Below are positions 32,884-48,480 of a stretch of 64,000 nt of DNA, one piece after another. The position numbers and the translations under genes are program-made. The notes below the pieces were generated by a model. That model saw only the letters and a program-made list of their open reading frames with translations, did not search any database and was not told where the DNA came from. This DNA comes from the human T2T-CHM13v2.0 reference genome, Homo sapiens: the NCBI RefSeq assembly GCF_009914755.1, contig NC_060931.1; one strand, given 5' to 3'. Numbering within the stretch: the first letter of the stretch is position 1; every line of letters starts with the position of its first letter.

Positions 32884-33892
32884 CATTCTACTCAGGATTT
32901 CCATTCCTGGTCCCCTGTTGTCCCCATTTCCTCATTCACACACAGTCGCGGACACACACACAGCCACCCCAGGCCCCACTCACTGGTTTTTGCAGGTAGC
33001 TGCTTACTCTCGGAAACGTTGAGTGCTGCGTCCTCACTGAGAGGGCGGCCATGGTTCCCCAGCTTGACCTGCAGGGCCTTGTGCTCATTTAACAGCAGCC
33101 ACCTCACTGCTCCTTCCTGGCGGAGCCTGGGTCCTGGTGTCTGAGGATGAGGATCAATTGGGGTGAAGGGGCAGGGACCATGATGTCACTGAGAGGCATG
33201 GATGCCAGCAGGCATGCAGAGCTCGTGCTCCTGGCCTCTAAGGGTCCTGCGTTCCCCAGAAGCTCCTCAGGGTGGTGGGTCACAAATAGAGAGCTGCTAT
33301 TCCCTTTGTTGGGGAGCTAACCAGTGCCTAATAGAAACCTGGCCATTCTGTCATCTTCTGGCGTCCCGGGTGACGTGTTCAGCACTCGCCGTGTGTGAAG
33401 TCATTTAGTATTTATGACTTCATGAGGTTGTCGTTTCCCCCACTTACAGAAGAAAAAAACGGGTCCCAGGGAGTTAGGGTGACCTGCCCAGGGTCATAGC
33501 ACAGAGGGACTGAGCTGCCAGTGGACCTGCTTCCTTGGAGCACACAGCCGCTGTGCACTGCTGTCCCATCAGGAGTGGCCCTGCAGCTGTGAGTCCCGGC
33601 CGAGCAGAAGGTGATCCATGGAGGCATCATCACACATTTCAGTTGATAGCTGAAGGGCCACCAAGGGAAGAAGCATCCTCTACAGCAAAGGGTTTCTTTG
33701 TTCACATGGTGCGGCCTGTCCTTTCTGGCAGGTGGCTTGCCAGTACAGAGTTATCAGACAGGGCAGTTTAATGTGGCATCTTTGGACTAGTTAGACCTTT
33801 GGGAAGGTCTGACAAAAAGCCCTTTTCCTGCTGTGGCTTGGCCCTGCTCTCGGAACCCAGGGCAAGCCATGCCTGTCTGTTGGATGTCCTAG

Positions 33893-34045
<153 letters not shown>

Positions 34046-36992
34046 TGACCTTTCTGAACTTCTCCCGCCACCCGTGCTCATTTACGGGCGTGGAAGACAT
34101 GAAGGCATGCCCAGGTCACGTGTCACTTTGGGGTTTTAAATGTTTTTAGAGCTCGCCCTCTTGATGGAAGCAGCCCCTGTGTTTCCTGTGGGTTCCAGGC
34201 ACTCGGCCCAACAGGCATCTACTCTGGCCAGTGTCTGTCTCCCGGCTCTCGCTGTCTTCCTTCTCGCCAAGAGCACTGTGGGTTCACACCTTCTTTGGGC
34301 TTCTCAGTGGCTGGACTTGGACGGGGCTCCCCCAGTCCTCCCCTTTCTCCTTGCCCCTGAAAACTGGTCCTGGGAGGATTTACCTGTTGGCCACTAGATA
34401 AAGGGTGGGAAAATTAGCAAACATGAAGAACTGAGGAAAGTGCCAGAAGTCCTGAGGTATCAGAATTGTTGTTGGCCCTGGTCCCTGGCACTGACTTTTT
34501 TGGGTTGCCCGTGGTAGCTCACCCTGGAGAGTCCAGGCCTGGCCAGGTGCCTGACCCTAGGGCCGCTGGACGGAGACTGAGCTGCTGGGTGTGGCTTGAG
34601 CTCGGCTTGGTTTGGTGCCAGTGCCGGGCCTGGAGTCCTTAGTGCTTTGCACAGCCTGCTTTCGACTTGCTTCCATTGTGGAGCCAGCAGAACCACTTCC
34701 TTTGGCCCCAAAAAGTATTTCTCTTGAGCTTCAGGCCTTTTTGTTCTGATGGCAGATTGGAGGTTATACGTGCGGCATGGTAGGAAGTGCACCCGCAGCA
34801 CCCTTGGCCTCCGTTTTACTCCCGAGTGACAGGCACATCTGCTTCTGAGGAGTTAGAGATGCCCCACTGTAACAGACATGGCAGCACGTACCCGAGGGCC
34901 TGGTAGTGGGACTCTGTTACAGGTGTGGGGGTCACAGAGTTTCAAAAGGCATGGCCCCAGGCCTTAGAGTTCCATGGAATGGGAGAGACACTTGAATCGA
35001 AGAGACAGTTTAAGCCTGGCACAGTGGCTCACGGCTGTCATCCCAGCACTTTGGGAGGCTGAGGTGGGATGGTTGCTTGAACCCAGGAGTTCAAGACTGC
35101 AATGAGCTGTGATTGCGCCACTGCGCTCCAGCCTGCGTGACAGAGCAAGACCCTGTCTCTTTAAAAAAAAAAAAAAAACAGTTTGAGTGAGCAGGTGAGC
35201 GCAGGTGTATGTCCAGAGGCCCCCGGGATTGCCGCAGTACGGAAGTGGACACAACAGGCAGGATCCCACCTCCCACCTCCAGAGGCGCAGCCCCTGGCGT
35301 CCTGGAGGCAACAGAGTTCATTCTCGTGGGCTCTCAGGGCTGGGCACACCCCAGGCCCTAGTCCTGCCCTGCACCATAGCTGCCACTAGCTACATTTGGC
35401 TATTTATGGTTAAATAACATTAAAACTATATCCCTCTGCCACACAAACCACATTTAAGATGCTCCATGGCCACATATGGCTCCTCTGTCCTCACAGAAAG
35501 TCCTGTTAGGCAGTCCTATCTCAGCCTTGAAGCTTCACTGTTAGAGTTGGGGACAGGGTACCTTGGCCCTTGGGAGATCCCGTCCCCCACCTCCAACAGT
35601 GAAGTGGACTGTCATTACCCCTGGCTGCCTGACATTCTGGAAATTTCCTGGATCATATCAAGAATGCATATCAATCCTTAAACTTCCGATGGCTGGTTCC
35701 TCCCTCATCCTCTCACCCACCATATTCCCTTTCAACGTGGCTCCAGGACCTCCCAGGCCAATGCCTTGTTCCCGTTTGCTGCAAAGTCGCCTTGTCCCCC
35801 GTCTTAGCATGCACCATTGGAACATACATTTCTAGGAGTCTTGTATTTGAGGGCAAGCCTCTGGAAAGCAGGGCTGTGTCCCTTCAGCCCCACGTCCCTG
35901 GTGACCGTGCAGTGCCCGCACGTGTGTGCTTATACACCACCAAGCTAAGCCTCTCGGATCTTTGGCTCCCGGCTCCATGAAGCTGATCCTACTTTTCCCG
36001 TGCGTGAGGCTGATCCTCCCTCTCCCAGACCAGGCTCATTTTCCAACCTAGGACTGGGCTCTTCAGTGGCCATGGCCATCGGGGCAGGTGGCTGTTCCCT
36101 CGCTACCATTACTCCCACCAGGTTATTGTCCGTTTTAAGAAATACTTGGTTCAGCCGGGCGCAGTGGTGCATGCCTGGAATCCCAGCACTTTGGGAAGCC
36201 AACGCAGGAGGATGGCTTGAGCCCGGGAGTTCAGGACCAGCCTGGGCAACATGGCAACACCCCATCTGTACAAAACATTTAAAAAACATAGATTGGGTGT
36301 GGAGGTGTTTGGTACTTGGGAGGCTGAGGTGGGAGGATCATTGAGTCCAGGAGGCAGAGGTTGCAGCCATCCAAGATTGTGCCACTACACTCCAGCCTGG
36401 GGGATAGAGACCCTGTCTCAAAAAATAAAACAAAAACCTGGTTCACAGATTCTTGGGGGTGTGGTACCTCCAGTTTAAGAAATGAGGCAGCCTTGAACTG
36501 TGCTGTTTGGAGCCATAGGAGTCAGTTTGTTCTTTCTGTCCCAATCACTGTTTGAGGTGGCAGACTTCTAACTCATGGGTATCCTGGAATGGATTTGAAT
36601 TTTGTTCTGTGGGGCCTGAAGAAAAGGGAACTTGGATTGTTCTGTGTAGGGAGGAGTCTGGGCTTGTGCATGGGGAGTGGAGCCGGCTCTGGGAAAGAGG
36701 ATGCCAGGCCCGGGGGGGGCCTCCACAGGAGGCAGCATCCTCCCATGCCCATCCACAGTGGGCACAAATGCTCACTATGAAGGAAGGACTTGCGATGGCC
36801 TCGCCAGACGGCGGCAAGCCCTCACGGCACCTGCTGGCGCTCATGCTCAGCCTTTTGGGGCACCGTGGCAGGAGATCCAAGCGCAGCAGGGGCTGGACAG
36901 GGCCTCCTCCTAGCTGGCTCTGTTCCACCCTGAGTTCTGGGGGGCTTTTCCAGTGTTGGGGCTGTGGGCAGCTGTGACATGTTTTACAGTGA

Positions 36993-37433
<441 letters not shown>

Positions 37434-37858
37434 TAATCCCAGCATTTGGGAGGCCAAAGCGGGAGGATTGCTTGAGCCTGGGAGGTTGAGGCTGCAGCGA
37501 GCTATGATGCACCACTGAAGCCTGGGCGACAGAGCCAGACCCTGGCCTCAAAAAACAAATGAGTAGGGGACTCACCACACTTCCCAACAGAGTTGATTTC
37601 ACTTCGTCTTTTTTTTTTTTATCTTTTTATTATTATTTTTTTGCTGCTCCTTGTGGAGCAGGGCTACCCCATAGGCAGTGTGCCCAGAATAGCATGTCAT
37701 TTTTCTATAAAGGTTTTCTTTTTCTTCTTTATAGAAAACCTTTCCCATGCCCTGGTGATGGGAGGGAGAGGAGAGGTCGGGAATAGTGGGGGTGGGAGGC
37801 AGTGGGTCTGGGGTCATGGGCCGGAAGCCACTCACTGATCCCATGGCTTGGCTTGCAG

Positions 37859-37958
37859 TGCACCCCCAAGGTGGACTTTCCCCAGGACCAGCTGACAGCA
37901 CTCACTGGGCGGATCCAGGAGGCCGGCACGGAGGTGGTCAAGGCTAAAGCCGGAGCAG
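37859..37958 (+). CDS. MDH2: MDH2 exon 7 ([33 protein letters not shown])
   Basis: gcAG/GT boundaries, 100 nt. Confidence 0.98.
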
Positions 37959-38302
37959 GTAGAGTCTCAGGCAGCCCCGGGGCTGGGTGCCAGTGAGGCC
38001 CTGCGAGAGCTCAGGGTTGGGGAGAAATGCTGCTTGTCCCTGGGCATGGACGATCCTTTTCAGTGTTGATTTGCAGTTGCCTGGTGGAAAATCCCTGTGT
38101 GAGAGGGCAGCTCGGCCTGCTTTGTGGGGTTGAGAGTCATTTTTGAGGGTGGCAGAGTCAATTCTACACCATTCATGTATAAGTAACAAGAAATCGGGGT
38201 GCTGACTGAAATTCTCCACTGTCAGGCTGGAAGGTGTGCAGGTGTCTTGGCTGGCGGGGCCGGCTCACCTGGGCGTCACGTTTGTGGCACCAGCCAGGCT
38301 GA

Positions 38303-38509
<207 letters not shown>

Positions 38510-39629
38510 TAAGGGGGCGTTCCCTTTGCTTAAGCCTCAGGAGCTCTCCTGGCCCTTTATGCAGTAAGCTCATGTGCCTGCCTGGCGAGTGCTGTTGTTT
38601 TCAAGGGTGGACGCACACCCGAGAAAAAAGAGCTGGGAGGATCACAGACTGTGAAGGGTGAACCTCCCAGCAAGTGGGTCTCCTTCCCTGCAGTTTGACA
38701 GCGGGTGCCCAGCAGCTGCAGGAGTATTGACTGATAAGACACTCCATCTCCAGGCAGCCCAGGGAGGCCTCCCTACCCCGCCTGAACACCTCCCTGTCGC
38801 TCCTTGTTCATCTTGTTCTGACTGCGGGGGGCGGCCAGGCCCAATTCCTCTTCGAGAGTGTGCCCCATCCAGACAGCCTGAGTCTTCAGCAAACAGAAAC
38901 CCTTAGGTCTTACTCATACCCCCTCAAGCCGAGTTTCCATTTCTCACCTGTGGGCAGAAATGAGGCAGATGTGTGGTTGCCTTCATCACGTGGCCAGAAA
39001 GTAATATGGCTCACTGGGCCACCCCAGGACCTTTCTCAGAGATGCTCCGATACAGAAAGATCCTTCAGCTATGGCCCCAGGCCTTGGTGAGAGACAGGCA
39101 CTCGATGGTATAGTTCTGTCCCCATGTCGGTGCAGGTGTATGGAATGGCAGGGCCTGCAGGTGAGACGCACCCGGTTCTCATAGGCCCTTGAGCCAGGGG
39201 AAGCAGTAGGAGGGAATTGAGTTGAGGTGAGGACTGAGGCTGTTGCCACACAAACTGTGCTCAGTTTCTGCAGGTGAGACGGTGGCAGAGATGCCTGTTT
39301 TTGCCAATGTCAGACATTTACCTACTTAGTGACACCTGATTCAGGTGACTGTGACAATGTTTTCAGTCCTTTACCAACCTGCGGGGAGAGACAAGAACCC
39401 AGAAACAGGCTCTGTTGGGGAGAATACGGTGAAGTGTTCCTGATGATTGAGTTCCTGGCGTCCAGGTGCTTGTCGCATTGTCCTCGTGTTCACGAAGGTG
39501 GATGGTGCTTGTTTTATAGCTAAGGAAACACATTTGGAAGGTCAGTCATTGTCCAGGGTACCTGCCTAGACAATCACAGTGCTGGGACCCCTGCCTGGCA
39601 CCCTCTGGCTCTGAGCCTCGCACTCCTGA

Positions 39630-39929
<300 letters not shown>

Positions 39930-40086
39930 GCCGCTGTGACGGGTGGCCAGTTTCCTTAATTTATGAAGGCATCATGTCACTGCAAAGCCGTTGCAGATAA
40001 ACTTTGTATTTTAATTTGCTTTGGTGATGATTACTGTATTGACATCATCATGCCTTCCAAATTGTGGGTGGCTCTGTGGGCGCATC

Positions 40087-40092
40087 AATAAA
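40087..40092 (+). terminator. MDH2: MDH2 proximal poly(A) signal AATAAA
   Basis: Canonical hexamer about 160 nt after the stop, with upstream TGTA motifs and a downstream T-rich tract. Confidence 0.85.
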
Positions 40093-40999
40093 AGCCGTCC
40101 TTGATTTTATTTTTCAAGGTCCCTTCTGTAAATGCTGTGCTTTCTTCCCTGTGAGAGCCAACTTTAGAGTGTCTGCTACCTCTTCATTACCAATCAGAAT
40201 TAGATGATGTTTAACTGTTAGACTGAAGCGTGACGCTTTCATCAGTAGCTTCAAGAAAGTCTAAATTGTTAATTTATGGAATTGGACACAGTATTCAGTT
40301 TACCCGTACATGCTCCTCCCGCCCCTCCTGTTGGCACCCTTGCATCGCCCAGGCCTGATTCCTCCTGGGGGTAGTTCACCCCCACGGGTTCATAGTTCAG
40401 CGGCGAATGCCAGGCAGCTGTTTTCTGGCTGAGCAAACAGCACCTTTCTCATTGAGCTTCCTCTACTGACCTCTGTCCCCCTTGGGATTTCATCTTCTGA
40501 CCGAACCCTGATGTTCAGTGGCAGAGACAGCCCATAGCCAGAACTGTGGGTAGACCAGGGTTGGGGTGTGCGGTTTGGGACAGCCCAAACCCCAGCCGCT
40601 GTGTCAAGGCCTAGGACGCCATGCTGCCATCAAAAGGGGGTTCCAGGTTTCCATCAGTGGCCTAAAGAAGGGACTTCTTGTTGTACTGAGGAGTGCGGAA
40701 TTAAAGAGATTTGACTCCCTTTAGTATTGGGGGCAGTCCGTTCCCCAGACACTGTGGCCTCTGAAGTGGAAACTGAAAGCTGCATACCTGGGAAAGAACT
40801 TTCTAGGAATAGGCAATGGCCTTCAGTGGAAGAGGGAGGGCTGGAGGTGTGCCCAGTACTTGGATGTTCATCTGTCCACAACAGCTTTTTGTTTTTTTAA
40901 AAAAGCTAAAATGGAAATGGATTTTATCATAAAGGATGACATCGTTTTCTTCTACAATTAATACATGTTCATTGTATAAAACCCAAAAAGCAGCTAAAA

Positions 41000-41005
41000 A
41001 ATAAA
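41000..41005 (+). terminator. MDH2: MDH2 distal poly(A) signal AATAAA (long 3'UTR isoform)
   Basis: Canonical hexamer with an upstream TGTA near 40973 and a downstream T/GT-rich tract, at the end of the repeat-free region. Confidence 0.65.
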
Positions 41006-41471
41006 GCGGGAAAGGAACTACTGGTAATACTTGTCCTCTCTTGCATATTTCATAGGTTGAGAGAATGAAGCCTGCTCTGCAGGTTATCTGCTACTGTAAC
41101 AATCCCAGCCCTCTCCACTCTGGTGGCTTTTAGGCTATTTCTGTTCCTATCTCCCGACGCTGGGGGTTGACAGGACTCAGCTGGGTGGTTACATGCCCAC
41201 AGCTCCCACTGCAGTCACTGGAGGCTTGGCTGGACTGGAGCACGCGAGGCTGGTGTTTGGGAGATGCCCGGACAGCTGGCCTTTTCCCCGAGGTCTTGGG
41301 CCTCTCATTCTTCACAACGCATCTACAGCAAGGTCCATATGTTTGTTGAATGACTCAGTTCCCACAAGCAAAAGCAGAAGCTGCCAGGCTCTAAGGCTTG
41401 GGCTGAGAACTGGCCCAGCTTCGCTTGCGCTGCATTCTCTAGGTTAGAGTAAGTTACAAGGCCCCCAATGA

Positions 41472-41897
<426 letters not shown>

Positions 41898-43972
41898 TAA
41901 AAATACAAAAAATTAGCTGGGCGTGGTGGCGGGTGCCTATAGTCCCACCTCCTCAGGAGGCTGAGGCAGGAGAATGGCATGAACCTGGGGGGCGAAGCTT
42001 GCAGTGAGCCAAGATTGCACCACTGCACTCCAGCCTGGGCGACAGAGCCAGACTCCGTCTCAAAAAAAAAAAAAAAAAGATATCAGGGTGGGAGGACTTG
42101 CTCTGTTGCCCAGGCTGGTCCTCCTGGCCTCAATCAATCCTCCCACCTCGGCCTCCCAAAGTGTTGGGATTACACGCATGAGCCACTGTGCCCTGCCATT
42201 CTTTTCACAGCTGGATAACCTTGAGGGTGGATAATTCGGTGTTTTTGTTTTTCACTGCTGTAGAGAGCAGAACTCTGAGCGTGGTACTTTAGCATTGTTT
42301 CCTCCTGGTGGTTCTATATGCAGAGCACTATGCTGGCTGTATTTGGGGTACATTTGCCATTTTATGGGATCCTTGCAACAACCCTGACAGGACCTGGGAC
42401 TCAAGCTAAGTCAGGTTGTGTCTTGGTTGAGGGTGGTCACTACCTCTCTCCATAAACCAGGGGCTACCCCTTAAGAACCTCCCAGAGAGTTCACTCAGGA
42501 TACTCCCACTAAGGTGGGAGGACTGCTTGAGCCCAGGAGCTTGAGGTTGCTGTGAGCTGTGACTGTGCCACTACACTCCAGCCTGGGAGACAGAGAGAGA
42601 CCTGTCCCAAAAAAAAAAAAAAAAAAAAAAAAAAAGCGCATTTCTGGTTCCATCTCAGAAATTCAGCTCTAGCATCCTAAAGGGAGGACCTGGAATGTAG
42701 AATATCCTAGATTCTTTCAGATGATGATGAAGGGGCCTGGAGATACTGGCCGTCCCTGGGCTATTCACCCTCTAGCTCCTGCCTTCCAGGGCTAAAGACG
42801 AGTCAGGTACTGAGAATCCACAAGACAAACACAGAGGAAGTACCGTGGGACTCCAGAGGAGGGCAAGGTTACTTCATGTCTTGGCAGAGCATCAAGGAGG
42901 ACTTCCCCTATCAAGATCTCTAGGAGGAGGGAAAAGGAGGAGGAGGAGATGGCATACGCTCTGGCTCTGCAGGCTGGGCAGGATTTCAACCAGCAGGGAG
43001 GGTGGGATGGGCGTCATAGGCAGCTGCCGGAGCAGACAGGCTGAAGAGCTTGTGGATGGCAGGAACAGGGCGTCCCAGGAGCTGAGCAGGATGGTGACAC
43101 GGTGGCCAAGGCTGCTCACACTCCACCAAGGACGGGTTGGCAGGGGGGTCCCTGGAGCCTGCTGCTGGGCCCAGATTCTGATTTTTTTAATTTAAATTTT
43201 TATTTTATTTTGAGACGGAGTCTTGCTCTGTCGCCCAAGCTGGAGTGCAGTGGTGTGATCTCGGCTCACTGCAACCTCTCTGGCCCAGGTTCAAGCAGTT
43301 CTGCCTCAGCCTCCCAAGTAGATGGGACTACATGCACGCCACTACCACAGCCAGATAATTTTTGTATAGTAGATGGGGTTTCTCCATGTTGGTCAAGCTG
43401 GTCTCAAACTCCTAACCTCAAGTAATCTGCCCGCCTTGCCCTCCCAAAGTGCTGGGATTACAGGCGTGAGCCACCGCACCCGGCCCAGATTCTGCATTTT
43501 CTAGTCAGCTTCCCAGCAATGCCTGAGCTGCAGGTGCACACGAACTAGGAGTGACGTGAAGGCAGGGACCACTCGGATGCTAAAGACCAGAGATGGGGTG
43601 GTGGTGAGTAGGAGGGGGGATGATAGGGACATGGAGGAGAAACAGCATCTCCCAGCACCATTTCTGCCACCCAGAACTCCATCAGGAAGTTGTCAGTGTG
43701 GATGAAACTCACCACACGTCTACTTCCAAGCTCCAATTATCCGTCCTCCCATCCTTCTGGCCACCTCCTCACACAGAACTCCTGTCCTCCTCTGTGAGGA
43801 AAAAAAGACCAGTGGCTGCATGTATGGTGTTAAGGACCAAAATGATGTGGCCAAGGCCTTTGCCACGGGAAGCCAAGAACCAGTCTTTGTTTTTTGTTTT
43901 GTTGAGACGGAGTCTCGCTTTGTCGCCCAGGCTGGAGCGCAGTGGCAAGCTCTCGGCTCACTGCAACCTCTG

Positions 43973-44911
<939 letters not shown>

Positions 44912-44979
44912 CTCCGCCTCACGGGATCAAGAAATTCTCCTGCCTTAGCCTCCCGAGCAGCTGGGATTACTGGCACCCA

Positions 44980-47900
44980 CGGAGAAACCGCTGTCAGGCA
45001 GTGGCTGGGACTCTTCAGGCCGCCAGGGAGCCGAAGGCGGGGCCTGAGAGGCCTCACTTCGAGGAGCCTGGGGCCTACAAAGGCTGCCAGGAGCTGGGCA
45101 GGAGCTGGGCCGAACGTGGCTGTTGCGAGGCAGGAGCTGGGCCGGCAGGCGCAGCCGGCAAGGAGAGCTGGGCCTGGAGAGGCTGGCTGGAAACACTTCT
45201 GGGCCTGGAGAGGATGGCCAGAGGCGAGAGCCGGGCCCGTGGAGGCTGCCCACAGGCAGAACACGAGCCTGGCCTGAGGCGGCCATGCTGAGGCAAGAGC
45301 TGGGCCTGGTGGGGGTCCACTGTGAGGAGGCAGAGGCCGTGCCTCAAGTCCAGGGGCCTACGACAGGCAGGAGCTGGGCCTGGCGAGGCCGACTTCAGGA
45401 CACTTTGGGCCCGCACAGGCCATCGGCCGGGGGGCAGCAGCTGGGCCCTGGAGGGGCCCACTTGAGAAACCCTTGGCCGGGAGACGCCGTCGGGGCGGGC
45501 GGGAGCTGGGCCTGGAGAGGCCACCGTGAGGCTTGAGCTGGACCTCCAGAGCCCAGTGAGAGGCATGCGATGGGCTTGTCGAGGCCGCTGGGAGGCTGGC
45601 AGGAACACGGCCGGGGAAGGCCACCGTGAGGCAAGATCTGGCCCCGGGGAGGCCACTGCGAGGCCACAGGTGGGCCTGGAGAGCTGGGCTGGAGGAGGTT
45701 TTGGTCGTACGAATGCTGCCGGGATCTGGGCACGAGCCGAGTCAGAAGCAGCTGTCTGCAGGCTGGGGCTGGGCATGGAGGCGCAGCCGCGAGAGAGTGC
45801 TGGGCCTGGAGAGTAGGCTGGGAGGCAGCCACCGGGCCGTGGTGGTGGCTTGCCAACTTGGGCCTGCAGAGGCTGCCACGAGGGAAAAGCCGGGCCTCTG
45901 AAAGAGGCCGTTCAGAGGGATGAGCCAGGCCTAAAGAGGTCATCGGGATGCAGGAGCCGGGCCTGCGGAGGCCGCCAAAAAGCAGGAGCCTGGCCTGGGG
46001 GAGGTCACGGTGAGGCACGAGATGAGCCCAAAGAGGCCGTCGGGAGGCAAGAGCCAGGTCTGTCGGGGCTGCCGCGAGGCAGGTGGCAACGTGGCCTGGG
46101 GAGACCGACGTGAGGCACGAGCCGGGCCCGGAGAGGCCGCTGTCACGAGGAGCTGCGCCTCTCCAGGCCGCCGGGGAGCCGAAGGTGGGGCCTGAGAGGC
46201 CTCACTTCGAGGAGCCTGGGGCCTACAAAGGCTGCCAGGAGCTGGGCAGGAGCTGAGCCGAACGTGGCTGTTGCGAGGCAGGAGCTGGGCCGGCAGGCGC
46301 AGCCGGGAGGGAGAGCTGGGCCTGGAGAGGCTGGCTGGAAACAGTTCTGGGCCTGGAGAGGCTGGCTGGAAACACTTCTGGGCCTGGAGAGGATGGCCAG
46401 AGGCGAGAGCTGGGCCCGTGGAGGCTGCCCACAGGCAGAACACAAGCCTGGCCTGAGGCGGCCACGCTGAGGCAAGAGCTGGGCCTGGCGGGGGTCCACT
46501 GTGAGGAGGCAGAGGCCGTGCCTCAAGTCCAGAGGCCTACGACAGGCAGGAGCTGGGCCTGGCGAGGCCAACTTCAAGACGCTTTGGGTTTGCACAGGCC
46601 ATTGGTTGGGGTGCAGCAGCTGGGCCCTGGAGGGGCCCACTTGAAATAGCCTTGGGCCAGGAGATGCTGTTGGGGCGGGCGGCAGCTGGGCCTGGAGAGG
46701 CCACCGTGAGGCGTCAGCTGGGCCTCAAGAGCCCAGTGTGAGGCAGGCGCTGGGCTTGTCGAGGCCGCCGGGAGGCCGGCAGGAACACGGACGGGGAAGG
46801 CCGCCGTGAGGCAAGAGCTGGGCCCGGGGAGGCTGCTGCGAGGCCACTGGTGGGCCTGGAGAGCTGGGCTGGAGGAGGTTTCGGGCCTACGAAGGCCGCC
46901 GGGATCTGGGCACAAACCGAGTCAGAAGCGGCTGTCTGCAGGTGGGGGTTGGGCCTGGAGGTGCAGCCGCGAGAGAGCGCTGGGCCTGGAGAGGAGGCCG
47001 AGAGGTAGCCACCGGGCCGTCGCGGTGGCTTGCCCACTTGGGCCTGTAGAGGCCGCCACGAGGGAAAAGCCAGGCCTCTGAAAGAGGCCTTTCAGAGGGA
47101 CGAGCCGGGCCTAAGGAGGCCATCGGGATGCAGGAGCCAGGCCTGCGGAGGCCACCGAAAGGCAGGAGCCTGGCCTAGGGGAGGCCGCGGTGAGGCACGA
47201 GATGAGCCCAAAAAGGCCGATGGGAGGCAGGAGCCGGGCCTGTCTGGGCTGCCGCGAGGCAGGTGGCAACGTGGCCCGGGGAGGCCGACACGAGGCAAGA
47301 GCGGGGCCCGGAGAGACCGCTGTCAGGCAGGAGCTGGGCTTCTCCAGGCCACCAGGGAGCCGAAGGCGGGGCCTGGGAGGCCTCACTTCGAGGAGCCTGG
47401 GGCCTACAAAGGCTACCAGGAGCTGGGCCAAACGTGGTTGTCGTGAGGCAGGGGTTGGGACCGCTGGACGCGGCCCGGATGGAGAGCCGGGCCTGGAGAG
47501 GGCCACTGGAAACAGTTCTGGGCCTGGAAAGGATGCCGGCAGTCAAAAGCCAGGCATGGATAGACCACCAAAAGGCAGGAGCTTGGCCTGATGCGGCTAG
47601 GATGAGGCAAGAGCTGGTTCCAGGGGGGCTGGTGTGGGGCAGAGGCCGTGCCCCTAGGGGCCTACAACAGGCAGGAGCTGGGCCTGGTGAAGCCAACTTC
47701 GGGATGCTTTGGGTGGGCCCGCAGAGGCCATCAGCAGCAGGCAGGAGCTGGGTCTAGAGGGGTCATCGTTCAGTAAGGGAGCTTTGGGCCGGGAGACACC
47801 ATCGGGGTGGGCGGGAGCTGGGTCTGGAGAGGCCACCGCAAGGCACAAGCTGGGCCTACAGGGACCAGCATGAGGCAGGAGCTGGGCTTGTGGAGGCTGC

Positions 47901-48480
47901 CCGGAGGCCGGCACGAGGGGGGTCGTGGAAGGCCGGCACGAGTGGGGTCGTGGAAGGCTGCCGCGAGGCGAGAGCTGGGCCTGGAAAGGCCGCTGCGAGG
48001 CAAGAGGCGGGCCTGGAGAGCTGGACTGGAGCAGGCTTTGGGCCGATGTAGGTTGCCAGGAGCTGGGCAGGAGCCGAGTCAAAGGAGGCTGTTTGGAGGC
48101 AGGAGCTGGGCCTGTGGGCGCAGCCATGAGCAAATAGCTGGGCCCGGAGAGGAGGCCGGCAGGCAGCAACTGGGCCGGGGGAGGCCGATTTGAGGAAGTT
48201 CTGGGCCTGGAGATGTCGCCAGAAGGGAAAAGCTGCGCCTCAAGAGGCCGCGGTGAGGCAAAGCCAGGCAAAAAAAGGCCATCGGGACACAGGAGCTGGG
48301 CCTGCAGAGGCTGCCGAAAGGTGGGAGCATGGCCTGGGGAGGCCACGGCGAGGCACGAGATGAGCCTCTTTAAGAGGCCCTCGGCAGGCAGGAGCTGGGC
48401 TTGCCAAGGCTGCCGCGAGGCAAGCGGAAACGTGGCCTGGGGAGGCCAATGTGAGGCCACAGCTGGGCCAGGAGAGGCCT
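44980..48480. repeat. GC-rich higher-order tandem array: three ~1.15-1.18 kb units built from degenerate GGCAGGAGCTGGGCCTGG-type subrepeats (LINC00174/LINC00265-type duplicon repeat, from memory)
   Basis: Marker CACTTCGAGG at 45055, 46203 and 47384; marker AACGTGGCC at 46088, 47268 and 48429. Confidence 0.9.

Noticed and set aside
44980-48480. CRISPR-like look: a recurrent GAGCTGGGCC motif with variable intervening sequence
   Set aside because: The repeats are degenerate, the intervening parts themselves repeat at ~1.16 kb, no cas genes are present and the DNA is primate. It is a minisatellite-derived array.
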